Positions 1 through 14,572 are shown, numbered from the stretch's first letter. The stretch is DNA of 64,000 bases from Eledone cirrhosa (GCA_964016885.1 OZ024750.1:9982001-10046000), one strand, 5' to 3'. Notes: generated by a model from the letters alone, not told the origin. Made by a program: numbers and translations.

Positions 1-3000
1 AGGCTCTACGGAATCTCCATAAAGAGAGCTTTCTTCAGCATCATCCACTTCCATGTTCTGTGCACCAACTCTACTGACCACATTACCAAGCTGTAATGAG
101 AAAAGAAAGGATATTTTAGCCAATGTGGAAACATCATTATACTATATCCAATATGTATTTATATATATTTTTATACTGTTTGTAGCTTTGTGACATTACT
201 GCATTTAATCTATCTTATCTTAAGCTTTACACAGGATATACACTTACACACATAAATATACATACATACAGAACACCTTAAAAGTTTAATATAAAAATGT
301 TTTGATTAAATGAAATTGACATTATGTCTTAAGATATACTTTTAAAAAATCCCAACAGTCTAATATAGAGAATGAGAAAATAGGAGAACTAAAGATGCAG
401 TGACTTCACAATCATCATTTTACATCTGCTTTCCATGATTACATTTTAGACAAAAGCAGAAAATGGTTATGGAGACTGCCCTTTCCCTTCTACAAATATG
501 CAGTTGATCAAGAGAACACAGTAGACTCACCTCATCTTCCATCCTATTGCACCTAGACCGGTTAACCATAGACGGGTTGGTAGAAATAGCAGGGAATATG
601 GGCGAGTCAGAGCGATCATTTTCTTCAGGACTATCGGACTTCATAGAAGAATTCATGACATTACTATTGAGTGAGATCCGGGAGTTAGGGTCCAATACTT
701 TCGTTTGGTTCTCTGAGGATTCAGCAGCAGCTGGTTCATCATCATCTGATATAGTAACTGTTTCTAAATAAAATTAACATCAACAACATATTGTTTAGTT
801 CATTTAACTTATGAAGAGTATGTTTTATGCTAAAAAAATACAGTAATTAGAAATAATTGTTTCTACTTTTGGCACAAGGCCAGCAACTACCCAGTACATT
901 ACTGGTACTTTATTTTATCGACCCCGTAAGGATGAAAGGCAAAGTTGACCTCGGCGGGATTTGAACTCAGAATAGAAAGAGCCGTAACTCTATGCGTCAA
1001 AGCATGGTGTCCGACTCTCTACCGATACTGCCAATCCACCGCCCATAATTAGAAATAATAAACTTAGTTCTAATTCTAAATAATGTCTTCATAAGTTTAA
1101 TGAACAATTTGTTGTTGATGTTAATTTAATATTTGTTACATCTATTTTTGACATAAAACATTCGATGAAGAAAAAATGTAAAAGAGAAATCTACCTGGAA
1201 CTGGTGGTTTTAAACTGTGAATAGTAATAGATTTCCGTCCCCGTACAGCCTGTCGAGACCTTGGACATAGTGGTTTCACAGTTGTGGCAGGGCAATTTAT
1301 ATTACTTAATGATGATAATGTAGACTTTGGAGTTTCAGTGGGGAAAGCAGGTACACGGTCTGTGAGCTTCTTAGGATAAAAGACATTTTTTTCTAAAGTC
1401 GGAAGGGAGTCAGCTTTCTTCACAGAACATGGAATTAATTTCTTTTTGGACTGTAAAAAGCTGATAGTTTTAGGAGCCTCAATTATTCGTTTTTTACACC
1501 AATCACATTTTTCATGTAATACACCATGGTTGCCACAGCCCTTGCAAACTACCATTGGAATCTCTTTCGTCTGAAACACAACATAGAAATGATTGGTCTT
1601 TAATAACAAGCCATATTAAAACAAACAAAAACAATATAAGTTTAAACCTTTAGCATTTAAACCGGCCATATCCAGCCAGAATTCTCTCAACTCTTTCAGT
1701 TGAAACCGACCATAACTGGCTGTTCATACTTATGTTTAGGTATTGTTCTCAAAATAAATATCAAAATCTTGTAGATTCGATATTATGTGTCTTTACCACT
1801 TTAAATACATGCTAAAAACACCACCAAAGAATATAAAGATCACAACAGATATACTCACCATGGACAAACTTTCATCCATTGCTACTATCTTTGGTGTAAG
1901 CACTTCTACTCGATTTGGCATAATAGAGTTAACTGATTTTACTGAAAAATACAAATATCTTTTGATGTAGTTCAGATATTTGAAGTACAAATTAAATAGA
2001 AACTATATTTTAATCACATAAATGCAGGCATATTTTTAAGAATAACTTCAGAAATAACTTCTGCAAACTAGAATGGACCAAAAGAGTTTTCTTAAAATAT
2101 GTACAGGAATTATTAAAGTTTAGATTGTGATGAGTGACATCTAATTTCAATTAAGCTAATTGAGGTAAACTGAATACATCTTTCCAAAGGAACAAAAGAA
2201 ACAATTATTTGACCATCTACAGACTAAAACTGTTAATGACAATAATGAGAAAAGATTAGAAAATTTACCATTTGAACAATTTTGCATAGTAGACTTTTCT
2301 TCCACCTGTGTAATTTGAGATATGGAATTTGGAGTTTCAGGTTTAGGATTGTCTGTTACCAACTTATTGCTCAATGCTTTTCTACTAAAAAAAAAAACAA
2401 CAACAAAGAAAAAAAAACATGAAAATATGGAAAAACTGATAGCTTCAGTAGAAATATACAAACGTACATTAGATTATCTGGAACAGTTATATAATATATT
2501 AATGGAGAATTGATTAAAAAATAACTCATAGTTAGATCTTATTGGTTATACACTGTCTCATTTTATATATCTTTGGAGTTATATAACTAGCTGCTTCTCA
2601 GAGAGTGAATTTTATTTATAAAAGGTGTTCTTTCAACTAACAAGGATTGATGAGGAAGATACCCAGGGTTAGATTTAGACTGGGGGAGGGGGGACTTTGG
2701 AGGGGGGTTTCATACACAAAAAATTAGAATACACAGTAAACCCCACCAATTTTACATATCAAAGTTAGCTTGGTGCAAGTAATTGGAATTGAAAAGTTAT
2801 ACATACAGGTATTAAATTCAAAAAATTCTAACCATCCTAAAACTAAAAAGCCCAGCTGAGAGCACAAATAAATCACTACGACCTTTATCCCCCATTAAAT
2901 CCGGCCCTAAAAACACTGACTAATCTACACAAATAAATCATGAATTTTATGCTACCAATATTGGTGAGAGATTTCACTGAAAGAGCCGTCTATTTTACTA

Positions 3001-6000
3001 CCAAGAAAACACTACAGTTTCAGAACCAGAAATTCATTATTCTATCATCATAAATTAATTTTATAATTGATAGTTAAATATAAATGATGGACCAGAAAGC
3101 TCAGCTCTACAATTTATCAGGGACTATACTTATATTACCAAAATATCTCATATACAATACATTAACACATGGAAATCTAATTGAAAATATCAACTCTAAA
3201 AGATGTGAGAGGCGATATTCTCACCTTCTTGTAATATTAATATGAGCATGAGACCATTTCCTCTTGAAAGAGAATGTGGTTTGCTGCAAATTGGCATCAA
3301 ATATTTGTTCTCTGCAAGAAATTGAATAGGCAGTGTCAATGGATGACACACAGAAACAAACAAGCACACACACACTGTTCAATTTCCTGACATTTGTACA
3401 TTATTCTATATAATATACATACACCTTTGATGAGTTGTAGTGCACCTGAGCACTGTACACAATAATTTTCCTTATTATTATACACACACATACACAAGAC
3501 AGGCTTCTGTAAAGTTTCTACCTACCAAATTACACTCATGAGGCTAGAGATGAAGACATTTGTCTAAGGTGCCATACAGTAGGATCAAACTTTAATAAAC
3601 ACTTGACAGTAAAAATTATAGAAAATTTCATCATGAAGAAACAACTGGAAATGTTTGATAATTTTGAGAGGAAACGGAAAGTTGTGATGTTTATGACCTA
3701 TCGAACTAAAAATCGAACATATGAATGACCCAAGAGTCTAATAATAACAAAAAAGCTAGTGCAGGATTAATATATTTAGTCAATAGTAGTATCAGTAGTA
3801 GTAGCAAAAGTAGTTTTCTAGAAATAGGCATTAACTTTGGTTATTGATAAAAACAACATATTAACAATATTGTACTATTTCCTATTTAAAAGCTGCATCA
3901 GTAAACATTGAAGCCATTGGAGTAGTAGAAATGAAATGTTCCCATAACTTCTTTGACATTGGTAAAGACATGAAGAAACTGGAGAAAACAACTGTAATAT
4001 TGGACTAGAATTATATGATGTTAGCATAGAAGATGGGCATTAAATGATGATGATACAGCAATAAGTAGATTATCTATGGATATTAAGAAATTATTGCACT
4101 ACAGGAACAGTTCCTAAAGCGGTGTGTGTCTGTGTGTGTGTGGGGGTTTCACAAGATGAGGAGTCTTAAAAATAATCATCATCCTTCAATGTCAGCTTCC
4201 CATGCTAACAAGAGTTGGACGGGTCTACATACACCAAGTCAATACTGAAGTAGGGTTACTAACCTCAAAAGCAGATGGGGATGGGATGGGTCTATATCTT
4301 GCTTATGTATGGTCTCATGTTCTACCAAGAGAACAGGAGAAGTTGTCATGTCTTTGACACAACTGAAGGGTCCTCCCAACCCTTTGTCCCAATACCATAA
4401 AATATCATTACATAGATAAACTGTGTGAAGAATGTCACTTACCTGGTAGGTGTCTTACACTGAGGAGATTTCTCTGGCTGTAAAGACTTTGTAGTGGTAT
4501 TAAACTGTTCAACAGTGTTATTCCGTAACACACTACTACGTGATGTTTGGGTACTGCCACCTCCTCCACCAGTCATGTGCTGGACTTCACCTACACCAAT
4601 ATTGGTTAATGCCATCAAGTTCTCTGCTTGACCAACTGAGTCTAGAAGATAGTGGGAAAAGGTTTGAAACAAACAGAAAATCTAAGACGGTTTTAATTAA
4701 GAAAACATCACCAAGTCTAGAAAACCAAAATAATCAGAAGACAGTTCACAATAGACTTCTAGATTGATAAGATTTAAATCTGATTAGAACAAATGATTAA
4801 AAACACAGGCTGATGGTAATGGACCATAGATAATATATTAATATATCAAAATTGTTCCTATACTCTTATAAAACTACAAACTAACCCTAACCCTACTAAA
4901 CGTTAATATCATGTTAATATATCAAAATATTTTCTTTCTAAAACATTTTATGAATTAGATTTATCATTGTCCTAAACTGATTTTTCCCTGGCTAAATAGT
5001 AAAAGAAATAAAAATGTAACTTAGAGCCAGAGAATATACATCTATCTATGCTTACCACAATATAACAGGAGAGATGATTTATAAAATACAGAGGTATGAT
5101 ATTGTTTAGAAATAAAAAGTATATATTAGCAGTTAATATACTGTCTTCTCATGTTTATGTAATTTCAAATTAATCACTAATCCATCAATTATCTGGGTTT
5201 AATGAGGTAATTTTTATATTTCAATCACCCTAACCCTTAATGCCATATGTGGATAAAAAAATTACGACTATATAGACATTTTCAAGAACTTCAGAAATCA
5301 ACCTACCAGGCTCCTTTATCTGATTGCCTTTCACATATGCTGGAAACTTCACGTCGTCGGTCTTCAAGAAATAAGTATCCGGTTCCAAAGGCCCACCGCC
5401 ATCCACTCGACGACTTGCTAACCTCCCAAACTGTGTCTTTGGCACATTGTTTGCCTGCCATATAGACATATAGTTGTTCTTGAGTAGAGTCTGTCTATTT
5501 GTTGAGTTTGTTGAGTAGCCTGCTTGTGGATGTAGTTGTGATTGAATTGAATGGAAAGAGTTATTTAATCGAGGACTCTTAGCAGGAGATGGAGCAGGAC
5601 ATAAATCTGTCTCTTTTACTGGATGACAATCAGATGCTGTTTCAACATCTTCAGAATATACCACATTCTTCACTATTTCAACTTGCTGCTGTTGTTGTTG
5701 ATGATGCTGAAGGCTGTTGGTTTCAAGTGCATCTAGAACAACAATTTCTCTGTTTTGGGAAGAAAAATTTTGAAAATGTTCATTGAAAATCAACACAAAA
5801 TAATTTGTTTTCAATATACATACATTTATATATTAATAATAACGAAATTGTGTACATTCTCATTTTGTATTTATTATTTTCCATATACTTGTATATATGC
5901 CAAAAAATATGTAACAAAAAAAAAAAAATGATGGTAAAATGGGGGAGGGGGAGGAGATTATACGCGAGGCCAATATTTTGCCGATTTTCACCAACTTCAA

Positions 6001-7587
6001 AATCTAAACTATAATAAAGGAAGGTCTGCGAGACTGCGTACGTTTTTTTTTTTTATCCCGTTAGTAAAATACATTGGATTACTTAGAATAAATAATGAAT
6101 GAATATTACATAATTTATCTACTAAATTTCATAAAAATAAATAATTTAAAATTGACTTCTTTTCAAAGTTGCACTTCTGGTATATCGTTGCCACCATCAC
6201 CACTTCAACTACCATATATATAGAAAGAGAGAGTGTGTGATGTCAACACTTCCGGTGGTGATCACTTAAATAAACATACTAATTTTCTCCTAATGCAGTT
6301 TATATATAATATTGTCTTTTTTTAATTACGTTACTGATTACATGAGACAATGTAACAACGTCTTTGTTCAGTTTCTGTTTATATTGTCAATTACGATTTT
6401 ATTTGATGTATCATATCTACATGTATATATACTTGCGTATAATATCAATATACACACTACACATGCTAGCAGAAAACCACCCGAAAGGTGGTTTTTCTGC
6501 TAGTTCTAAGTAAATGATGTGCTAAAATATATGTTTTGAATGAATATGGCCTTCAAAACAGTCAGGGAAAAGCGGACGTATGATGATGATGATGAATGGA
6601 GTTGTGAAACAAAAAAATAACACTTAAAATATTTTAAATATCACAATATTAAAACTTCATAAATATATTCTCCACTCATGAGAATTTTAAAACTGCACTA
6701 TCTAAACATTGTGTTGATTAGAGCTGCCTGGACTTATACACAACATTCTTAACTACACCGTCATGCCTATGTATAGGACGATACTGTATTGTAAATATAT
6801 CCAGCCCATGTCAGCATGAATAAAATAACAAAAGAAACAGACATTAAAATAATAGTTCCAATAGTTATTTCCTCAATACTACCATTAATAGTGATATAAC
6901 TCCTATTAATAGAAAATATATCCCTGGAGGCTTTAGCATTAAAAACGGCCATATCCAGTCAGAATTCTCTCACCTCATTCTGTTCAAACCAGCTGTAGCC
7001 AGCTGCTCATACTTATGTTAAGGTATCGTTCTCAAAATAAATAATATGAAAATCTCATAGATTCGATATTATGTGAGGTAAAGCCTTTACCATGAAAATA
7101 CAATAGAGTAATGTAAATGCTAAAGGGTTGAGTAATCTAGTTTGCTTATAAAGTATTTTCAACAATAACATCACTCCCAAGCTGGGACTGACAGACATTA
7201 GAAACAATCATTCCTAAACTAGGACTGACATACCATTTCCACACTAACTCAGATTAGAGAACTAAAAACAAGACATTTGCATTTGTATGAAGTTTTGGAG
7301 AAAATATTTTTACGAATGAATACGTCTACATCATTTTACACCTGATTTTCAATGCTGGCAAGGGTTGGATGGGCTAATGTGACAAACAAACCAATAATTA
7401 TGTAAAATAACTACTTACCTAGCATCCATTCCAGTTATTTTGGCCTGAGGTATAGGAGGTGTGCCAAGACTTGCAGTAATAGGAGACACTTGCTTACAAC
7501 CAGGAGTCTGTCGTGTGTTCATTGCATTTTGTATAATACCCCCAGATTGGTTGAACCTTAATTTGAACACACTTTTAGGGCGAGCGT
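1..7587 (-). CDS. Probable sentrin/SUMO-specific protease of SENP6/SENP7 type, N-terminal ~600 aa; gene continues beyond left edge, catalytic domain not in window
   Basis: Nine AG/GT-bounded exons with matching phases: 7587-7419, 5749-5307, 4641-4443, 3311-3225, 2384(or 2381)-2269, 1941-1859, 1570-1195, 763-531, 90-1(partial). They give one open frame (ARPKSVFKLRF...EIVVLDALET...CKGCGNHGVLHEKCDWCKK...LEKNVFYPKK...PETVTISDDE...RCNRMEDELGNVV). The motif order (CxxC..CxxC, FY, SIM-like VTISDDE, RMEDELGN) resembles the vertebrate SENP6 N-terminus as I recall it (KKFYG, IILSSDDD, RMKDQFGN). Exon structure is solid; identity is inferred. Confidence 0.6.
858..1045 (-). mobile_element. tRNA-derived SINE family A (Meta-domain-like), full-length with target-site duplication
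   Basis: Revcomp has an A-box-like TGGCAGTATCGG, a B-box GTTCAAATCC and the core GCCTTTCATCCTTACGGGGTCGATAAAATAAAGTACCAG. A 14-bp direct repeat TAATTAGAAATAAT lies at 844-857 and 1046-1059. Confidence 0.85.
6925..7131. mobile_element. MITE with (CC)CTTTAGCATT termini; partial second copy at 1643-1790
   Basis: CTTTAGCATT...AATGCTAAAGGGTT inverted ends; ~140 bp shared with 1643-1790. Confidence 0.6.
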
Positions 7588-7735
7588 CTGTAATAAAGAT
7601 AAAGTTAACATTTTAGGGCAAGCATCTACAATATAGTTAGCATTTTAGGGTGAGCGTCTACAATAAAGTTAACATTTTAGGGTGAGCGTCTACAATAAAG
7701 TTAACATTTTAGGGTGAACATCTACAATAAAGATG
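7573..7735. repeat. 32-bp tandem repeat (~5 copies) spanning a splice acceptor
   Basis: Unit TTTTAGGGTGAGCGTCTACAATAAAGTTAACA. Confidence 0.9.
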
Positions 7736-9789
7736 ATAAAGTAAACATTTAAATTGAATAAATCAATATGTTTAAGAGTGTGAGTACGCGTGTGTGGACA
7801 TGTATATGTATATATGCACTCTTGTATGTGTGATAAGAGCATCCAGCTGTAGGAGCTTTGCAAAAACTGAAAAATATATGTAAGCAAGATATGACCTCTA
7901 CCTCATCTGAGAGGACAGTAACATTGATTAAGGACTGCCTTAGTGATGACATGTCCAACCAATACCAGCATGGAAAAATGGATGTTAGATGATGATATAT
8001 GAACTAAAGTGTTTTGCTCAGAAGTATACAATGCACTCTCTAGTCCCAGTATCAAACTTACAACCTTACAATTGTGAGCTGAACACTTTAACTACTAAGC
8101 CACATACCATCACTATATAATACACAGGAAGGAGCTTACTTCATAATAATGGGGTTGACCTGAGAAACAATTATAAACAATATCCAGCTTAAATCTTTTT
8201 CCACAATATAAAGTTAATGTCACAGAAGACTATCTTTCAAGTACTAACATGCCTCAATACAAACTAAACACTAATTTCAATGACTTCTATCCCTCACACC
8301 ATTTAAGTGTTCAGAAAATATTTATCAGTCATGTCTTTCCTCCTCCTCAAACATAATCATTATCATTTAACATCAGTTTTTCTATGTTGGCATGGGTTGG
8401 AAGGGCCAGGTCAGTTCTTATTTGGAGTTACTGTTATCCTAGACAGGCTAGAGGATTACATCTTGCTCAAGTGTTCTAATTTTTGTCATGATTTTTACAG
8501 ATGGATGTCCTTCCTCATGCCAACTACTGTATAGTACACTAGACACATATTACCTTGTCACTAATACTAGAGAGATAGTCAAGTCTCTGACAAGATCAAT
8601 GGGTCTTCTTTTTCCTGTTCAATCACCAACCACTTTACAGGGTATCAATGACATTGTGACACTAGAGAGGATTGTTTTGTAACCTACAACATTAGAGTCT
8701 CCTACAATATACATAGTCTCCATTTATTCAGACAGATGTGATCCAGATTGTGATTACAAGGGAAATTATATGTGAGTGAATGGGAGAAACAGAATAACCA
8801 CTTTAAAATCATAAAACATTAACTGCACAAATGTGAACTATATGAAACCTGTGGAAATGCAAGACATCACAATAAGCACAGCAATCAACACTAAGAGAGA
8901 GGATTATCTGAGAAAACACCAGAATAAAATATATAACACTTAGATAATATTTAAATTAGAAGTTCTACAAAGCAGTTAAAATTCTGCAAATACTTTTTAT
9001 AGCTTGTGCACTGCATTGCATAAGCATGTAATGTAAATAAAATTTGTTGCAATCACCTAACTGAAAATTAGATATCACATACAGGGTTGGTTTCAGGTTA
9101 CTATAAAAGCACATTAAATATCAATATTTACAGGACAGAAAGCTACAAATTTAAATAAATCTCATCTTAAACTTCTTAAGCTTTATTGCATTCATAATTG
9201 GTATTGCCATTTGTTCAGTTTTTTGGGAGGTTTTTGCATGGTTTTATAGCTGGATGCCCTTTCTACACAAACCACTTTATAACATGGACTGTGTGTAATT
9301 TATCATGCTACCAGCACTAGAGAAGCGGTGTTAACAGAACTCTACCATACTTTGTCTCCATTTGTTCTGGTGTGGTCCAGAGTTGAAGCAAGGGAATAAG
9401 ATCTTCATCTCTCTCTCTCTCTCTCTTATATAATTTAAAGTAATATAATTTAACAGTTTATATCTAAAATAAAATTTTGTCCAGCTTTAAAAAACTGAAT
9501 TATTTATGATAAAGCAATGGAAGAAATACATAAAATATATTCTATTTAGGAAAGCAGTAGATTAATTGGTTGGAGTTACCTCTGAAGTAGGGTACAAATA
9601 TTATTGTTGTGGAATCCAGGAAAATAACAAGGATAAACAGAATATGACCCGACCCACCCAAGGATAAACAGAATGACCTGACCCACCTAAGTACAAAGAG
9701 AATATGACCCAACCCACCCATCTAATACAAGTTTATTAGCAGCAAAATAATGAGAAAAAAGCAAGCAGGAATGAAAGAACCAGACAAAA

Positions 9790-10790
9790 GATCAGTGTAA
9801 AGGAGAAGTTTTACAAGAGCCAAAAGATTGCCAATGGGAAAAGCCAGTGGTTAACAAGAAATGTTAGCAGTAAAGCATGGGGGTAATTTTGAAGTATTAG
9901 TAATCACTTAAAGTCACAACAATAAGGGGTGAGAAGTAGATGAAAATAGGGATGGCAGGTGAGTAAAGATGGGGGTAAGAGATGGGTGAAAATTTAAGGG
10001 AAGACAAAGAAATAGCAAGCAGATAGATATACAAGATAACTATGCGTGTGCCAGCTTTTAAAATAGGTATATCATATCCTTGTATGTTGTAAAAGGTGAC
10101 TAAAAATAATTGGTACAAAGAAGGGCATCAGACCTTTTAACACGAAAAGTGGAACATAAAACTGACCATAATGAATAATCATATACAAAGAAAAACTTGG
10201 AAGCCTTTGACAATAATGAATGAATGAATGGATCACAGGGACCAATCTATCAGCATGTTATTAGACAGGAATAAGATACCTGGAATAGTACCTAGATATA
10301 ATTGACAGAATCTATCTACAGGTAAGACAAGTAATATTGATTAAAATTAAAAAAGCTGCAGATCACCTCAGATCTGTAGAGGTGTTATAAGCTTCAAGCT
10401 GATTAATGTTAGCCACATGCCCAACAACTATACAATGTGATGAATTCTTCAAGGTGAGACAGTGAAGGGAGGAGATAGTATATAGCATATTAAAGATAAT
10501 TTTTAAGAACCATAACTGGTTTGGTATTATCAGAAACATGCAGTTTGGGATTAGATGAAGGTTGCAGCTTCCTAATAAGACAGTTTCAAGAGAAATACCT
10601 GGCTAAAGAGATTCTTCATTTAAGGCAGGTTGTATGATGCAAATGCTAAATGTATAGTGCAGCATTGTAGTGAAACAGAGGCAGTGAAGATGGACAACCT
10701 GCAATGAAGAAAGAGGAATGCAATAAATACAATTTGGTGAAGGTAAAAGAAATGTAAGGAATACACTGAGTTCAGAGGAAGGAAGTCAAC
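9790..10790 (+). mobile_element. Highly degraded LINE remnants
   Basis: KAFD (~10199) and QFQEKYLAK (~10581) type fragments. Confidence 0.4.
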
Positions 10791-10798
10791 TGAAACTG

Positions 10799-11680
10799 AA
10801 TGGTATAAAATATTAATTGGTATACTGGTATAAGATATTATCTGGTATATTGATGTAAAATATTAACTGGTATAAAATATTTAATGACTGGTATATTGGT
10901 ATATAATATTAACTGGTATATTGGTATAAAATATTAACTGGTATATTGGTATAAAATATTTAGTGACTGGTATATTGGTATATAATATTAACTGGTATAC
11001 TGGTATATAATATTAACTGGTATATTGGTATAAAATATTTAGTGACTGGTATATTGGTATAAAATATTAACTGGTATATTGGTATAAAATATTAACTGGT
11101 ATACTGGTATATAATATTAACTGGTATATTGGTATAAAATATTTAGTGACTGGTATACTGGTATGTAACATTTAGTGACTGGTCTATTGGTATAAAATTT
11201 AATAGTGACTGGTATACTTGTATGTAACATTTAGTGACTGGTCTATTGGTATAAAATTTAATAGTGACTGGTATACTGGTATGTAACATTTAGTGACTGG
11301 TCTATTGGTATAAAATTTAATAGTGACTGGTATATCATCATTTTACGTCCGCTTTTCCCTGCTTGCAAGGGTGGGACGGGAACTGATTCTGGCTTGATTG
11401 CTACAGCTGGATGCCCTTCCTAACACCAACCTCATTTACAGTGAGTGCTGGGTGCTTTTTTGCCGTGGCACCTCCACGACCACTTTGCAGTGGAATGATA
11501 TGGACTCCAGTCCTATCATCTCATTTCTACAGCTGAGTAAACTGGAGCAATGTAAAATAAAGTGTCTTGCTCAAGGACACAACACATCACCCAGTCTGAG
11601 AATTGAACTATATATAAAATTTAATACTGACTAGTATACTGGTATGTAAAATTTAATAGCGACTGGTATACTGATATGGA
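10799..11680. repeat. 25-29 bp minisatellite, interrupted by a SINE
   Basis: Unit ACTGGTATATTGGTATAAAATATTA / ...TTTAGTG. Confidence 0.9.
11336..11608 (-). mobile_element. SINE family B, 5'-truncated, inserted in a minisatellite
   Basis: Match to family B; ACTGGTATA array on both sides. Confidence 0.8.
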
Positions 11681-11919
11681 TGTAAGATGTGTGACTGATG
11701 AAACAATAAAAGCCAAAGAACAACACTTATGGTAAAAGGAACATATGATTGATGACAACTTCAACAACAATAGGCAACTGAAGATAACAATTAAAGAATT
11801 CCAACATCTTCACTAACTAGAAAATATTTAATATTCAAAGTTTGTAAAATGGATGGGGGATGGGGCATCTGGGAAAACAAACATTTCAATTTAGATTTTA
11901 AACATTATTTTAACCATTC

Positions 11920-12133
11920 TTAACCTTTCAGATACCTAGAGCCAAAACTGGCTCTGGTTCTATGAAATAAAACTACACATTTTAAATTAAAATTTTCCAA
12001 CAATTTTATATAAGAACCTTACATTAAGTTACTATCTTAGTAATGAAATAAGTTTAGTAAATCCCCCAAAATTCTTCATCAATTAATTAAAATAGAGTGT
12101 ATTTCATTAGAAATGCAGTCATGAAAGGGTTAA
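11920..12133. mobile_element. TTAA-flanked MITE (piggyBac-like termini); related copy at ~50715-50897
   Basis: TTAACCTTTCA...TGAAAGGGTTAA; internal similarity with 50715-50897. Confidence 0.55.
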
Positions 12134-14002
12134 TGTTAGTAATATGTGTTGATCATTCTACAAATCCAAAGATTTGAACAAAACATGCAAACAATGCAAT
12201 AATCTTTCTTCTCCAATCTAAGTCACCTTAATCACATGATCAACATTCCTAAATCGATCTATAAACAATCGATCTATAAATAATCAATCAGTAAATTGTG
12301 GTCAATCTTGCCATGTTTATAAAAATAATTGATCGTTTTTTAAATGTCTGCTCTTGTGAACCCTATTTCTTGGTAGAGATATACCAGTAAACATGTTTAA
12401 CAAGAGTTTCAACTAGTTTGATCATATTTAACACAAAGATGTCAGCAATGGATCTTTCATGAAGTCACTCAACCCGTTTCATATATCAAAAGCTAAGGTG
12501 TTTTCTGGTTGTGAAGAGTAAACCAAAATGTCAGCAATGTGAAGAATGTTGAGCCACCATGAAACTTTCAAGATTGAGGTTAACTGGTTTATGATGTAAC
12601 TTCCTTAGTTATACATTGCCGTTCATATGTAGGTGGAATAGTTTGAGTTTGTTTACTTCAGCTAGTGTCCGTATTTTGAGAGGGGGGAAAGGCTGAAAAT
12701 ATGGCAGCCCCAAAACTGAGCCATGGGTGAAAAGACAAGGAGAATAAGATGGTGTTATCTAAGTTTGAGTATATATGGTGATGGTGAAGTTATTGATACA
12801 TAGAACGGAACTGAAGAGATCTTAACACTAATGTACATTTAATTTGACTGACCCTTCAGCAAGCGATCCAGATGATCAAGTCTGTAGTTGGACATTATCT
12901 TTATTCTTATACTAAATAAGGTCAAAGGTTAAGCCGATAACAAATTTGACATCTTTGTCGAAGTTTAAATACCACCAGTACCTTGGATGCTTTTATCAGA
13001 GACCACATTGTTGCAAATATTTCATCTAGGATCCCTTATGATTTGAACACATATATGTATATATCTGTGTTCATCATATAAGAAAAGATTCAGGACCCCG
13101 ACAGCTGAGCTCTCCGTTTTGACAGCTAGATCCGTCGGAGTCCTTAATCTTCTCATATTACCCACTCTACTACTCCAGGTATCGAGTACTCTGGTGACTT
13201 ATGGTCTAGCTGGTTTTTACCGGACCCTATCTTTATATATATACATACATATATAATCATCATTCTATGTCCGCATTGGTTAAAGAATTTGCTTTGCAAC
13301 CACGTGGTTCCAAATTCAATCTCACTGTGTAACACCTTCAGCAAGTGGCTTTTACTATAGCTTTGTTAAACAGAAACTGAGCAGAAATTCGACATATATT
13401 TGAGCGTTAACTTAGAGATTCGGCCTAATGGGACCGATAGAAGTACCAGACTTGAAAAGAAAACCAATAAAACAAGTACTGGCGTCAACATGATCGACAA
13501 AATCCCTTCAAGGTGGTGCCCCAGTATGCCTGCATCCTAATATGACTGAAACCAGTAAATGAATATATATATATGCATGATTCTACGTATTAATGTATTA
13601 TTGTCCATCGAGATATCGTGAATGAATTAAACGAGAAAGAAAAAGCGAAGCTATGGGTTCGTCCCTGTTCTTATAGCAAAGTATTCGGCAATAGTAATTT
13701 ACTATGGAGCTACATTTCCCGTTAGATTTGGAGATATAAAAGAAGCTTCCATAATTAATTAAATAGGGAAGCACCAAGAATTTATCGAGCGAAGTTACGG
13801 CATGGATAATATTAGTACAATCCTTACGAGGCCGATTAAATAAAGTACCAGTAATGCACCGGGGTTATTGCTGGCCTTGTGCCAAAAGTAGAAACAATTA
13901 TTAGTACGACCATATTTTATAAATCTTGACAAAAAAAACAGACAATATAGAAGAGTGATGATGACATTGTTTTGACGACTACGGCGATGATGATAGGATA
14001 CA

Positions 14003-14143
<141 letters not shown>

Positions 14144-14572
14144 ACACAGCATCAAAGCAATAACCTCGTGCCACACCTCTGCACACTTTCATCTCAAGCC
14201 TGCTATGATGGACTAATGATGAATAATAAAGCTGACGATGAAATGATGGCAGAAGGAGAGGATAAAACAAACAATGATGGTGAAGAGGTAATAAGTTGAG
14301 AGAGAGAGAGAGAGATACTAAAAATAAACTACGGCTCGCAGAAATGGAGAGAATTTGCTAAAAGACTTGGTGGGGTTGAAGACTGTGGCTGGCGAAGATT
14401 TATAGGGATTTCATACTGTTTGAAGACAACAATCCAATTTTGTTTATTTACTCTTATTATTAAGGTCCAATTATAGAACGCAGTAGTGATTGGTGACACG
14501 AAGTTTCCGGCAACACATCATCATCATCACCATCAACATCATTATCAAATGAAAATAGCAACCGTCACTTAC

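Noticed and set aside
4881-4894. Telomeric (CCCTAA)n
   Set aside because: Only about two units; chance level
7902-7958. Possible exon MSSLRQSLINVTVLSDE
   Set aside because: Weak donor, phase 0 does not fit the next exon, adjoins a SINE tail
11398-11634. Recurrent ORF ...PIISFLQLSKLEQC... (also 33804, 36183, 59798)
   Set aside because: Antisense translation of SINE family B, not a gene family
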